NCBI RefSeq assembly: GCF_011745625.1
Contig: NW_027191481.1
Span: forward strand, 248,001-308,116
Length of the DNA stretch: 60,116 nucleotides
Source of the DNA: Cladosporium halotolerans
Lineage: Eukaryota
Direction: 5' to 3'
The position numbers and the translations under genes were made by a program. Below are positions 1-10,452 of the stretch, one piece after another (position 1 is the first letter of the stretch; each line of letters opens with the position of its first letter). Under the pieces are notes generated by a model. It was not told where the DNA came from. It saw only the letters and a program-made list of their open reading frames with translations, and made no database searches.

Positions 1-219
1 ACCCCGGTTGCCCCCGTCCCGGCCACCAGCGAGTCCCCGGTTGCTCCCGTTGCTCCCTACCCCAGCAGCAACGGCACCACCGTCGCTCCCGTCGCCCCCT
101 CCGGCACTGGTGCCCCGACTGAGTCCACCACCGAGGCCGCTCCCTTTGAGGGCGCCGCCTCCCAGCTCACCGCTGGCGCTGGTCTCCTCGCCATCTTCGG
201 CCTCGTCGCCCTTCTGTAA
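1..219 (+). CDS. 3' end of a Pro/Thr/Ser-rich GPI-anchored cell wall protein (5'-truncated by the window; CCG-6-like possible)
   Basis: Frame +1 (not in the ORF track) reads TPVAPVPATSESPVAPVAPYPSSNGTT...APFEGAASQLTAGAGLLAIFGLVALL*. It has strongly C-ending codons and a GAA omega site followed by a hydrophobic tail; TAA at 217-219. Confidence 0.85.
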   Translation, partial: TPVAPVPATSESPVAPVAPYPSSNGTTVAPVAPSGTGAPTESTTEAAPFEGAASQLTAGAGLLAIFGLVALL

Positions 220-1624
220 GCGGCTCGTTGAAAAGGACCTCGATCTTTTCCGACTTGCACACAGACATGACCAAAATTCTCGACGACCAACGACGACGAT
301 GGCGCTCACCCGCCTCCGACTCTTCTTTTCTTACTTCTCTTTACTCTCTCGTGGCGGACTGAGGCACAGCATGTAATCACATGGCCGGCGGCGTCTTCTT
401 TTCTCTTTCACTTTCTTCAAACACATTGTGCAATGCGAGACCGCCACCGCGCGAGTTCTCCAACTAATGAGCTGAGCGGGTGGAGAAAATTGTTGCGGAG
501 TCTTGTTGTGTGTCTTGTTTCTAGACCAACCCTTCGAGCTGTCGTTCGTTCCGCAATCCGGCTCACGTTCGCGCGTGGCGCTGGTTGCGATCGATGGCGG
601 CTCGAGGGCGATAGCATAGGATACAGAACTATGTACTGTACGACAACAATACACGCGACTTGTAACCAATTCTGCCTTCACATCTAACTTCTCAAATCCT
701 GATCGATGAGCTTAAGCGACTCGCTACCTACGTACTTCTTGCGTCCAGGCTTTTCGTCCGCGCCTACCGCCCATCCGTCGCACATATAGCATGTACCTTC
801 TACAAGTCACAGCAGCCTCGCCGCTCTCCTTCCCTCCTCGCCTTCCCGGCCTTCCCGCTGACTTACTACCACGTCACGTCACAGCACCACGTCACCACAA
901 CACCCCGCCACCCCATCATCCGAACCCATGCGCGTTTCATCTCCTGCACCCTCCAACCCCCTCACGAGAAACCCCGGCGCCTGCTTTTCGCAAACTGATT
1001 GGCGACTCTTTGTTCGAGAGTGACGAGGTCGATGTAAGCTCGGAAGCAAGGGGGATAGGGTGGCCGGCTGGCTGGGCTGGGCTGGGACGGGTGTTACACG
1101 GCGTTCGGCGTCGGGAGCGCTGTTGCTATTTCGGGGGGAAGGAGGGGGATGCGAGGGGGGGAGCGGCTTTGTTGCCTTTGTTGCTTTGTTTGGTTGTGCG
1201 GTGTGGTTGGTGTGGTGTTGCTGGGCGGAGGAAGATGGGATGGGAGGGAGTGGGATGTGAGGCGGGCTCAATTGTTTGTTTGGAGAATTTTTTTTTCCTG
1301 TTGTTGTTGTCAAAGCCGATTCTGGCTGAGTTGGTTACGTGGTGCAGCGTCCTCTTGCGCTGATATTATCTTATCATTCACCTGCCCATTGCGAAACTAT
1401 CGTCCGCGCAGCGTTTTTTTCGGCAGACTGGGGAATGAGAAGTCGACACTCGGAGACCATGAGATTGCGATTCAACCCTATGATATGCCGTGTTGGAAGC
1501 GGCTCTCGAGTAAGGGAGTTCAAAGGCGTTGATTGTTTACAGACTTTGGTGAGACCAATTGAGCGATCGGACCACTTGCTTCGAAAAGGAGATAAGATCA
1601 CGGCGAGATTATCCAAACAGCTAG

Positions 1625-2998
1625 CTAGAGATGCGGTACACTGTCCACCCAGGTGACCAGGAAGCCTTCGGGTGGTATGAAGAACAGGAGACGGATCATC
1701 TCCACGGCGAGGATGGCTCTCGTTCCAATGTACAAGCCAAAACATGAGATCAGTAAGGCGTTTCCATCACTGTCGAAATACCCAGGTACTTTCTCCAGTA
1801 TTGCCTCCAGGACCGGTACCACGACGAGTAGCAGGGTGCAGGAAACGACCGATGAAATCCGCCAAACCCACATGTCCGCGTCCGTAGGGTAGTGAAAGTT
1901 CCAGGCGGCGACGTGGAATGCTCCAATGGTGACGGCGAATCCGACCATCGTGACCGTGCTCATGAAACCTCCTCCACTTGTTCGCAGATTTCTGACAACG
2001 CCCGATCGTTCGCGCTCATCCATTTCACTTTGCAGCATCTCCCGCATGTCATCAGGCATGGGGCCGTCGAGACACAACAAGATCGTCGCCGATTTGACGG
2101 AGTACGGCTTCTCGAACAGGATCGCATACGTGAAGAGTGAGCACGTCGCCATTCCGAAAACGCTCATCTCGAGCTGTGTCGTCGGCAAACCATTCGCAAG
2201 CCTAGCGATGCAGTTGACGATGAACCACGAGATCTGGAGGACAGTCAAGCTTTTGGCGAAGAAGTCGCTCTTTGACCGGTCTTGGACATCTTCCTGATTC
2301 GGCAGAGAATCGCCCTTGATATAACGGCCCTGGAGCCTCATGAGCTGTAGCAAAGATTCCGCGGTCAGGTGATGGATATCGCCGGCTCGTCGTTTGGTGT
2401 TTGAGCGGATCGCAAATCCTCCCATGTTGGCGAAGAACATGTGCGCCAATGTCCACCCGCGTGGTGGATGGCAATGGGGCGGCAGCTGGGTGAATTTTGC
2501 CTTGTACTGGATCGCCGATCCCAAGTTATCGACGGCCATAAGCGCATACCATTCTGGAGATATCATAGTTACGATCATCCAGACCAAGGTTTTCGCAAAG
2601 CCTTTGGACCACCAGTACAACTCCATTCGGATGGAGCGGTCCGCCAACTGACTTGCAGTGAGTCTGAAAGCTCTTGGTGCTTCAGCTTCTTCTGTGCCCA
2701 GGCGCATTAGTTCTGATTCCGCACTCAACTTTTTCGACCTCGCTTTCAGATATTTCGCGACTCCGCCATCTCTTCCATCACGTTGTTCCGGAATGTTGAG
2801 ATGTAAGACAGTGTAGGTGCATGCAATGAGAGTAGCTAGACAGCTCCACACAATCTGGAGAGAGCCCCGAGTGTTCGGGCCCTGCACATAGTCGTAACGT
2901 CGACCGGGTATTGTGCATGTTGTGTTGAAAGAGCTAAAACCCTGGGCAGGCGCGGCCAGTATACATGAAGCAGCGAGAAACTCCCACACGACGACCAT
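1625..2998 (-). CDS. Uncharacterised fungal multi-pass membrane protein with signal peptide (457 aa, intronless)
   Basis: Long ORF with motifs typical of a common fungal family: NTRGSLQIVWSCLATLIACTYTVLHLNIP, WTLAHMFFANMGGF, QDRSKSDFFAK..LQISWF, GAFHVAAWNFHYPT..MWVWR. Confidence 0.85.
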   Translation of the reverse strand: MVVVWEFLAASCILAAPAQGFSSFNTTCTIPGRRYDYVQGPNTRGSLQIVWSCLATLIACTYTVLHLNIPEQRDGRDGGVAKYLKARSKKLSAESELMRLGTEEAEAPRAFRLTASQLADRSIRMELYWWSKGFAKTLVWMIVTMISPEWYALMAVDNLGSAIQYKAKFTQLPPHCHPPRGWTLAHMFFANMGGFAIRSNTKRRAGDIHHLTAESLLQLMRLQGRYIKGDSLPNQEDVQDRSKSDFFAKSLTVLQISWFIVNCIARLANGLPTTQLEMSVFGMATCSLFTYAILFEKPYSVKSATILLCLDGPMPDDMREMLQSEMDERERSGVVRNLRTSGGGFMSTVTMVGFAVTIGAFHVAAWNFHYPTDADMWVWRISSVVSCTLLLVVVPVLEAILEKVPGYFDSDGNALLISCFGLYIGTRAILAVEMIRLLFFIPPEGFLVTWVDSVPHL

Positions 2999-3743
2999 AG
3001 CGGAGAGGTCGCGCTCTTCGTGATGGAAAGGCTCTAGTTTGAGACAGAGGCCAGTGGGCGAAACGACACATGGGAGATCTTAAGGCCTTGGAGGGTGGTG
3101 GGGAGGTCAAAAAGCATTTGATCGAGGAGAACCCCAAGGCTTCAGCGCTCCCACATGGCACAATTCTTCCATGCATGCACACTGCGCCACAATATTATGA
3201 GTGGTGCCATTTATACCTTCAGCCTGATCCTCACCTTGAACGTGTAGCTGGCTTTCCTCTCCAAAACCAATGAACGTCCAGGAGGGCGACGATCAGTAGC
3301 CTCCCACCAGGCGTCCGCACATACCATAGTGTCTAGTCGTCGACCGACACTGGATTATATCGTACGTATGAGTCGCGCGATGACGTCTCGTCTCAGGTAT
3401 CTGTGGTCTTTGCTGCGCCAGGTATTGCCCTCCGCAGAGCTGGGGCTGAGGCTGAGGCTGATGTTTGGGCTTTCATCCTGCAGCCACCGGATTACTTCCA
3501 GCATTCACGGTACTAAAGAAGCTAGACGCATGCATCGACGGCTGAGCTCCCCAATTGTAACCTGCCACGAGGTCCGCCGTTGCCCAGAACGTCGCGAATT
3601 CCATTGTCCATTGTCAAGCTGTGCGTGAGGCGAAGGACCCACGTTGAATCAGACCGTCACTGTTACATTGCTGAGCCTCCATTGAGAATAGTGAGAAGTC
3701 ATGATGGTCGAGCAGTCAGCTGGATGTGTGCTGTACTTCCACA

Positions 3744-4859
3744 TCAATGAGTTGACAGAAACTCTCGCTTCAGATGCTCGTAAGTCCTCATCGAATGCAG
3801 CAGACCAGACAGGAACAGAGGCTCTATTTCGACCTCGTCGTGGACCGTACACATCAAGTTTGTCACTAGGATATGGCATAAGCGTCCAATCTCAGCTTCC
3901 AGTATAAGATGGTCGATCGTGTCGTGTTCCGATAGCTCATCCCCTAAGTCTCGCATCTCCTGCAGATACGCTTCGCAAAAGAGCGTCTGCTCGTCACGAT
4001 TTGGTGCTTCAAAGCCGCTGAGCTGGCTATCGGGCTGGTCGTAGCAGTACATTCTCTCGTGGAAATGGCCTCCAATGTCGATTCCTCGGTGGCTGTAGGA
4101 AACGGTCTCGTAATCGATAAGTGCCACGCGACTTTCGCTTCCGAGATTCTTCACCAGAATGTTCAGGTAATTCGCGTCTCCATGGGTGACTGTGAGTTTG
4201 CAATTGTGCCTCTGAAAGAGTTCAGAAATCCATTTCAGCTCTCGGCTCCAATCGAGAGATCCAAACATGCCAGCGTACTCCGTTGCCACGGGATCTTCGA
4301 CCTCGAGGAGCGTCCCGACGATTTGTCGCGACTTTGCCTGCACTGCTTCATTCAGGTCTCGAATGACGACTTCGAAGTTATCCCTCCGCAGCGGCAGCCG
4401 AAGCGAATGCAGCCTGGCGTAACTTCGCGCCACGTCTCGAGCGATGTCCGCCTGCAAGCTCTCGGCGGCAGTCAGAGTGTGAGCATCGAGATACTCTTCC
4501 AGACGCCCACCGTGGAAGAGTCCAAAAACCTTCGGTCCCCAGCCTCTGCGGGCCATTTCAGAGTACACGACGGCTTGCTGTCCGCTCGACAGCGTCAGGC
4601 TGCCGCCCGTGGGCTCTTCAAGCTTTCCGCTCCGGCCGAAGTGGCGGATGAGAACCGCGGAAGGTTCGAGCACAGCGATATTGTTCCGCTCAATGAGCTG
4701 GAGCGTATTAATCAGGCCGCCGGTGATCATCCGGATGCGCACGGCACTGATGTCCGTTTGAGCCCATTCTTTGTCGAGGAAGCTGGACATGAGCTTGAGG
4801 GCATCCTGAGTGCTTAGTGGAATCTTGGGCTGGTCTTCGTTATCGCTCTCGGATCTCAT
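3744..4859 (-). CDS. Choline/ethanolamine kinase-like phosphotransferase (intronless)
   Basis: ITGGLIN, VLIRHFG, GPKVFGLFHGGRLEEYL, Brenner-like THGDANYLNIL and IDYE...RGIDIGGHF motifs; first ATG at 4859. Confidence 0.85.
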   Translation of the reverse strand: MRSESDNEDQPKIPLSTQDALKLMSSFLDKEWAQTDISAVRIRMITGGLINTLQLIERNNIAVLEPSAVLIRHFGRSGKLEEPTGGSLTLSSGQQAVVYSEMARRGWGPKVFGLFHGGRLEEYLDAHTLTAAESLQADIARDVARSYARLHSLRLPLRRDNFEVVIRDLNEAVQAKSRQIVGTLLEVEDPVATEYAGMFGSLDWSRELKWISELFQRHNCKLTVTHGDANYLNILVKNLGSESRVALIDYETVSYSHRGIDIGGHFHERMYCYDQPDSQLSGFEAPNRDEQTLFCEAYLQEMRDLGDELSEHDTIDHLILEAEIGRLCHILVTNLMCTVHDEVEIEPLFLSGLLHSMRTYEHLKREFLSTH

Positions 4860-5315
4860 CTTGCAGACAAATTGCAAAATGGTTTTTTGAGGAGCACCCG
4901 ATGTCTGGCGAGGGAGATGCCTTATAATATATGCTTTTGCAAGCTTGAGATCCTGGATCCTTCAGGCGCTGAGTCATCCCATGTCAACTTGGATGATCCA
5001 TGATCGACCGAGCTCACATCGGCGAGGTCGTCAGAGTTTGAGGGTATTAGATTTCCATCGTGCTTTCACGCGAGAACAGGCGTGGTTGTGTGTTGCTTGT
5101 GTGGGCTTCAGGTCACCTGCGCGACTGATCCCTCCCAATGCTGTTTACGCATGTGGGCGCTGGAGGCCTCAAGATGAACCAAAAGGGTTGCTAAAGCATC
5201 ATGACCGTGATCAGAGTTATTTGAGGAGATGTGTCGAGCTGTACATTGTTTGCTGGCTGTTGGTAATACCGCATCTGTCAAGAGCGCACCGAAGTGTGAT
5301 GATATGTGTGTTCAC

Positions 5316-5335
5316 TAGGGTTAGGGTTAGGGTTA
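5316..5335 (+). repeat. Short interstitial telomere-type repeat (TTAGGG)~3.3
   Basis: TAGGGTTAGGGTTAGGGTTA read directly in the intergenic region between divergent genes. Confidence 0.8.
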
Positions 5336-5745
5336 CCAATTTCGCAAACATAAATTCTGATAGAGTAATCGTGCCAGTGCTTGCCAAAATAACTCAAAAT
5401 GGCCTAATATGCCATTCTCATTGTCATTGCATGACATCTTGCCCCTAGTACGACGCAGCTCGTGAACATACATTGCCATTTGAGATGGCATACATGCCGT
5501 GTTTGTAAGCATTGCCGGACCGCACAAGGGCCGCAAAAGAAGCTCCACAAGCATGACGTGCCCCGCCGTGTGCCGAGGCCGTTCTTCTAGACAGGATCAA
5601 CCTCGTTCTGACATACTTCTTGAGAAGACTGTATTTGATCGTCAAGTACGCTACTGTGCGCAATCACGTTACAACCGCACTGTTTGACTTGTCATCAAGT
5701 ATACAACCCGATCTTCCCGACGCTAACGACATTTATTAAACCAAA

Positions 5746-6893
5746 ATGGCAACCATGAAGGCAATTGGTAGGTAATCTGACAAAGTTCCATGGCCAAATG
5801 CGACAGGGAAGAGACGACGTACTCTAATAAACATCACCAGATATCAAAGGCGGCAAAGGCCCCATTGAAAACATGTTCATCAATGATATCCCCAGGCCTC
5901 AGATCACCGGCTCCCAGGCCCTGGTCAAAGTCAAGGCCTTCGGCCTCAACCGCATGGATCTCCTCCAGCGCGAAGGCCTCTACCCTCTCCCTCCTCAGGC
6001 TCCGGCGACCATGGGTGTCGAGTTCTCTGGCACCGTTGAGGAGCTGGGCGCCGACAGCGAGCACGGCTTCAAGAAAGGCGATGCCGTCTTTGGCCTTGCT
6101 TACGGTGGCGCGTACGCTGAGTATATCGCTGTCTCTACGCACATGCTCGTCCACAAGCCCGATGAGCTGAGCTGGGAGGAGTGTGCCGGTATTCCTGAGG
6201 TAGACTTGCCATCCCAGCATCCGCATCCGTCTTATCAGCTAAGCTAACGAACTCCAGACCTGGATCACCGCCACCCAGGCCATGTACCTAATCGGCCGCT
6301 TCGCCCCCGGCAAGACCATCCTGTGGCACGCCGGCGCCAGCTCCGTCAGCATCGCCGGCATCCAGCTCAGCCGCGGCGACAACGCCGCCGCCGTCTACGC
6401 CACCGCGCGCTCCGACGACAAAACCTCCTTCATCACCTCCTCCCTCGGCGCCACAGCCGCTTTCAACACGCAGAAAACCGACTGGGCCGACGAGGTCCTC
6501 AAGGCCACCGACGGCAAGGGCGTCGATGTCATCGTCGACTTCATCGGACCCGAAGCCTTCTCTGCGAACTTGCGTGCGATCGCGAGAGACGGCACGATCG
6601 TCAACCTCGCTACGCTCTCGGGCCCTAAGCTCAAGCCTGAGCACGAGCAGCCGGACATGACGCTTTTCTTCCGCAAGCGTGCGCGTTTTGAGGGCAGTGG
6701 CTTGCGCAGCCGCGACGAGGAGTACCAGGGTAAGCTGAGGGATCAGTTGGTTGAGCACGCTCTGCCGAAGTTCAAGGATGGCAGCTTCAAGGTGTATGTG
6801 GAGAAGGTGCTGTCCTGGGAGAAGATCCAAGAGGCGCATGGGCAGATGGCGAGGAATGAGACGAAGGGCAAACTAATTTGTACGATTCCTTAA
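5746..6893 (+). CDS. NADPH:quinone oxidoreductase, PIG3-like MDR family; exons 5746-5767, 5841-6199, 6258-6893
   Basis: Spliced reading MATMKAI-DIKGGKG..VKAFGLNRMDLLQREGLYP..GVEFSG..YGGAYAEY..IPE-TWITATQA..WHAGASSV..GKLI; GT-AG introns with branch sites. Confidence 0.92.
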
Positions 6894-7058
6894 ATGAACG
6901 TTCTTATAGACAGCGACCACATAATGCAAATGGGACATTTCAAAGACCGAGAGACGGTAATCGACAGTAAATGGAAAATTTGTCATTGCATTAGATATGG
7001 GTATTGGGTCAATTGGCCAAGCCAGTCATGCCTATATGCGTTTCATTCGTTGCGTCGT

Positions 7059-7797
7059 TTACGCAGAAGAGCCGCGCCCTGTCGATGAGTCAGCACACCA
7101 TGCCCCGCGGTTCTAGTTCCTCATATCATCACTTACACTGATCCACCTCGCTCGCCTCAATGTGCCTGAGCTTGTTGACCTGAGCAGCATCGCCAGTAAC
7201 AACGCCCTTGGCGAACTCAACAGCGCCGCCGATGGCAGTGCGCCTGCTGATAGCGTACTGGGCAGTCTTGCTCTTGACCTTGATGAGGCCGATGCGGGGG
7301 TCCTTGGGGCCGCCGTCGTGGACGCCGTCGCCGAGGTCGCCGAGCCAGGCCTTCAGACCGGCGGAGTAGAACTGCTCGACGCGGGCGCGGTCGGTCTCGA
7401 TGGTGGCGACGCCGGAGATGCTGGCCCACTCGCCGGCGTTGTTAAGGAAGGCCAGGTTGATGTCGGGGTTCTGGGCGAGGTCGTCGGTCTTGCCGGACTC
7501 GGTGTTGGTGTGGAAGATGAAGTCGATGCCGTTGTCCTCCTGCGGGGCGGGCGTTAGCTGGCTGGTTCTGAATGTCCGTGGTGTGGTATGCTGGCAACTC
7601 ACCCTAGCGGCGAGGGCCATGCACCTGCTGGCGAGCAGACCGTCCTGAGTCTTTGTGGTCATCATGCAGAACTTGCTCTTGTCGACGAAGCCCTGCAGGT
7701 CCTCGACCTTCTCCTTCAGGCTGGGGTCCTGAATGTTCTTGGAGGTGTAAGGGTCGGCGGGCTTGTTGCCGGTCTCAGCGTTGGAGAAAGAAGCCAT
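7059..7797 (-). CDS. bli-3: Blue-light-induced protein BLI-3 (FMN-binding split barrel, pyridoxamine oxidase-like); exons 7797-7603, 7539-7137, 7078-7059
   Basis: MASFSNAETGNKPADPY..KFCMMTT..LASRCMALAA..FHTNTESGKTDDL..KAWLGDLGDGVHDGGPKDPRIG; two canonical introns; ends WRGSSA*. Confidence 0.88.
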
Positions 7798-7959
7798 GGT
7801 GATCGGTATTGAGTTGTTTGTTCAAAAAAGTGTTGTTTTGCTGGCGAGGGAATACAGTCAGCTGGAGTGAACTCCGCAAAGATACTCAGCGATGTGAGGT
7901 TAGGCAGGCCCAATGCACATATGATTGATACGTGGGGGAAGAGCTCACAATTATTAGCA

Positions 7960-8074
7960 GACGTAAGTCGTTATGGAAGAGAAGATTGAGTTGTGTTGAG
8001 TGGAAAGGTAGAAGGTCAGAAAGCGATCGGGTGTTGTCTTTGACGGACCCCGCCAGACGTCATTGACAACGTCA
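7960..8074 (-). promoter_or_regulatory. Cluster of CRE/ATF-type half sites upstream of bli-3
   Basis: ACGTCA at 8057 and 8069 and ACGTAA at 7960. This fits stress-MAPK/ATF-type control reported for Neurospora bli-3; function here is inferred. Confidence 0.4.
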
Positions 8075-8455
8075 CAGAGGGGCTTCGATTGTTACGCGAT
8101 CGCGTCTGCACGCACACCATCCATGCATTCTCCATTTTGTACCCTGTGATAATCGGATTACTGACATGGAGGGTAAGATTCGGATACTCTCCTAGGCAAA
8201 GTATGCCGAACTCATATCCAGCTCTTTTCGCGCATCTTAGAATGCGTGGCACAAGGGACGGTGCTACCCTCGCCTTGGTAGGTGTGATCTCAAGGCCATT
8301 TCTGGCCCGAGAGTCACAGGCTGCATGCTACACTTTGGATTGAGCGGTGGGCGTAGCCATGAGAAACGGTAATAAGGTACTTCTACAAAATTCTCTTTAA
8401 CGTTGAGAATAACTCGCCCAATGCCATGCCGATGAGTGAAAGAACTATCCCACCT

Positions 8456-10452
8456 CTAATCAACCTTCAACGAGCCATAAATGCGGTGCACAAAAACCCA
8501 ACAAGCCACAAAACCGATCGTTCCTGAAAGTCACGTTAGCCAGTTTCGCCAAGGGTGGTAAAGATACCGCAGGGTGTACACTTACCACTCATCACAAACC
8601 ACATAAAGCTCAAAAGCGCCGAGTAGCCCAAGTACAGCATGCCTCCGGTCCAAGAGCTGAAGCTCAGCATCCTGGCCCAGTACAGCAAGCTGTACGCAAA
8701 CACGTATCCGGCGCTTGCGCCACTCGACCCGAATGCACGCCACTGCCAGTGGTAGTTCTCTGCGCATAGCACGAAGTAGATCATGAGAATCGCGCAAGCG
8801 GCCGAAGTGACAATCATAAGGCCGTAGCACAGGAAAAGGAAGCCGAACATGTAGTAAATCCTGCTGCTCCACAGGGAAGACATGATGAAGTAGAGCTCAA
8901 CGAAGATCGCGCCGAAAGGCAGGATGCCAACGAGCATCATGCTGGGGAACGGGCGGAGGTAGCCAGAAGATGGAGGAATCTGCCTCGGAATCTGGTTTGT
9001 GCGGACTGGAGGTTCCGCTTGAGGCTGACGGAAGCCGAACCAGGAACCAAGGATAGAGAGTGGAACAGAGATGACGAACCAGATGCCAACAATGACCAGC
9101 ATGGTGGTGAACGGAACAGCGCCAGAAGACTGACGAGCCCAGACGAGAAGGTTGAGAAGGAAAAATGTGCCGAAAACAAGGGCCGGGAGAGCGCTAGGCG
9201 TGTAGATGAACAGCTGCTTCCACTTGTCGCCGCGGAAAGACTTGTAGACACGCGCGCTGGCATATCCACCGACGAAGCCGAAGACTGTGTAAAGCAGGAT
9301 CATGACGGTTGCGAGACTACCGCGGTTGGACGGAGACAGGAAGCCGACGACCGCGAAAGCAATGGTGAAGCCGGCCATCATGAACAGCTGGGTGCCATTA
9401 CCGACGAGGACAGCGAGGAGCAACGGGTTCTTGGGCGGGCGGAAGACGTCGCCATGCACAAGCTTCCAGCCGCTGTCTTCCTGAATGCCATCTTCAACAC
9501 TGTTGCCGTTGAGGTCGTCAAGCCCAAGCTGATCAAGGCGGTTGTAGCGCGCGATGTCTTTGCGGAGGGTGCGGCCCAGCACAGTGCCGACCATGCCGAT
9601 CAAGAACATGACAATCACAGCGCTGTTGATGAGCGAGAACCAGTGGATCTTCGCGTCGTAAACGTGCAAGTATTTGTCCCATCTCGTAGCGAAAGAGGTC
9701 GACGATGGCCGCCAATACACGCTGTATGTGTACGTGACCTTGTTGTTGCTCTTCTCCGAAAGTACGACCGGCTGGTCCGAACTGCAGCCTTCCGCACTGA
9801 AGTCGTCTCCAGAACCAATGCGCCTCGTTCCGCCAGCGGACTGCGGCTCGACAAGGATGCCTACCACGCGGTATTGGTCGGCACGCACTTGGTGGTAGTC
9901 GATCAGGATGTCATAGTGGTTGTGCAAGTGGGGCGTCTCATCCACGACTTCGCCCAAGGCAAACCCCGGCTGGTAATATTCTGTTTCCGTGGCAGGGTCG
10001 TAATATGCCTGGCCTGCTGGCAGGCCGTCGATCAGCCAATTGAGGTTGTAGTTCTGCCAAATCCTCTTGTTGACGAATTTGGCATCTCTTGACTCCATGA
10101 CCTGTTCATCGCACACAGCCTTGCATGTCTCATTTTTGCCGAGGTGTAATTGGAAGGGCGACGTCTGGATTCTGTCGCCAAACAGGATGCTGCCTAGCGA
10201 TTCGGACAGGTACTCGGGACCGTCCTCCGGAGGACAGAAGTGGAAAGCGGGGTGATAGTAGTCGAAGGAGAAGACGGAGCGCGTTTGCGTGTCGCGGTCG
10301 GATTGTGAGGGGGTGAGGTGGTTCACGTTCAAGGGAACAAGGTCGCCGACGCGGTAGTTGGTAGGGGTGATGCCAGGGAGGTAGAAGGCGTGCGCCAGCT
10401 TGGAGCTGAGCAGCACCAAGGCCAACGAGGCCGACGAGTCGTGCGGTCGCAT
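8456..10452 (-). CDS. EMP70: Transmembrane 9 superfamily (nonaspanin) EMP70/TMN; exons 10452-8586, 8523-8456
   Basis: Signal peptide + AFYLPG, IHWFSLINS, EDSGWKLVHGDVFRPP, PVRTNQIPRQIP, ENYHWQWRAF; spliced C-terminus GTIGF..RIYGSLKVD*. Confidence 0.95.

Noticed and set aside
4880..5745. Telomerase RNA, suggested by TAACCC repeats on the minus strand
   Set aside because: The tract is more than three repeats (templates are about 1.5), and the intergenic space is shorter than the roughly 2-kb filamentous-fungal TERs.
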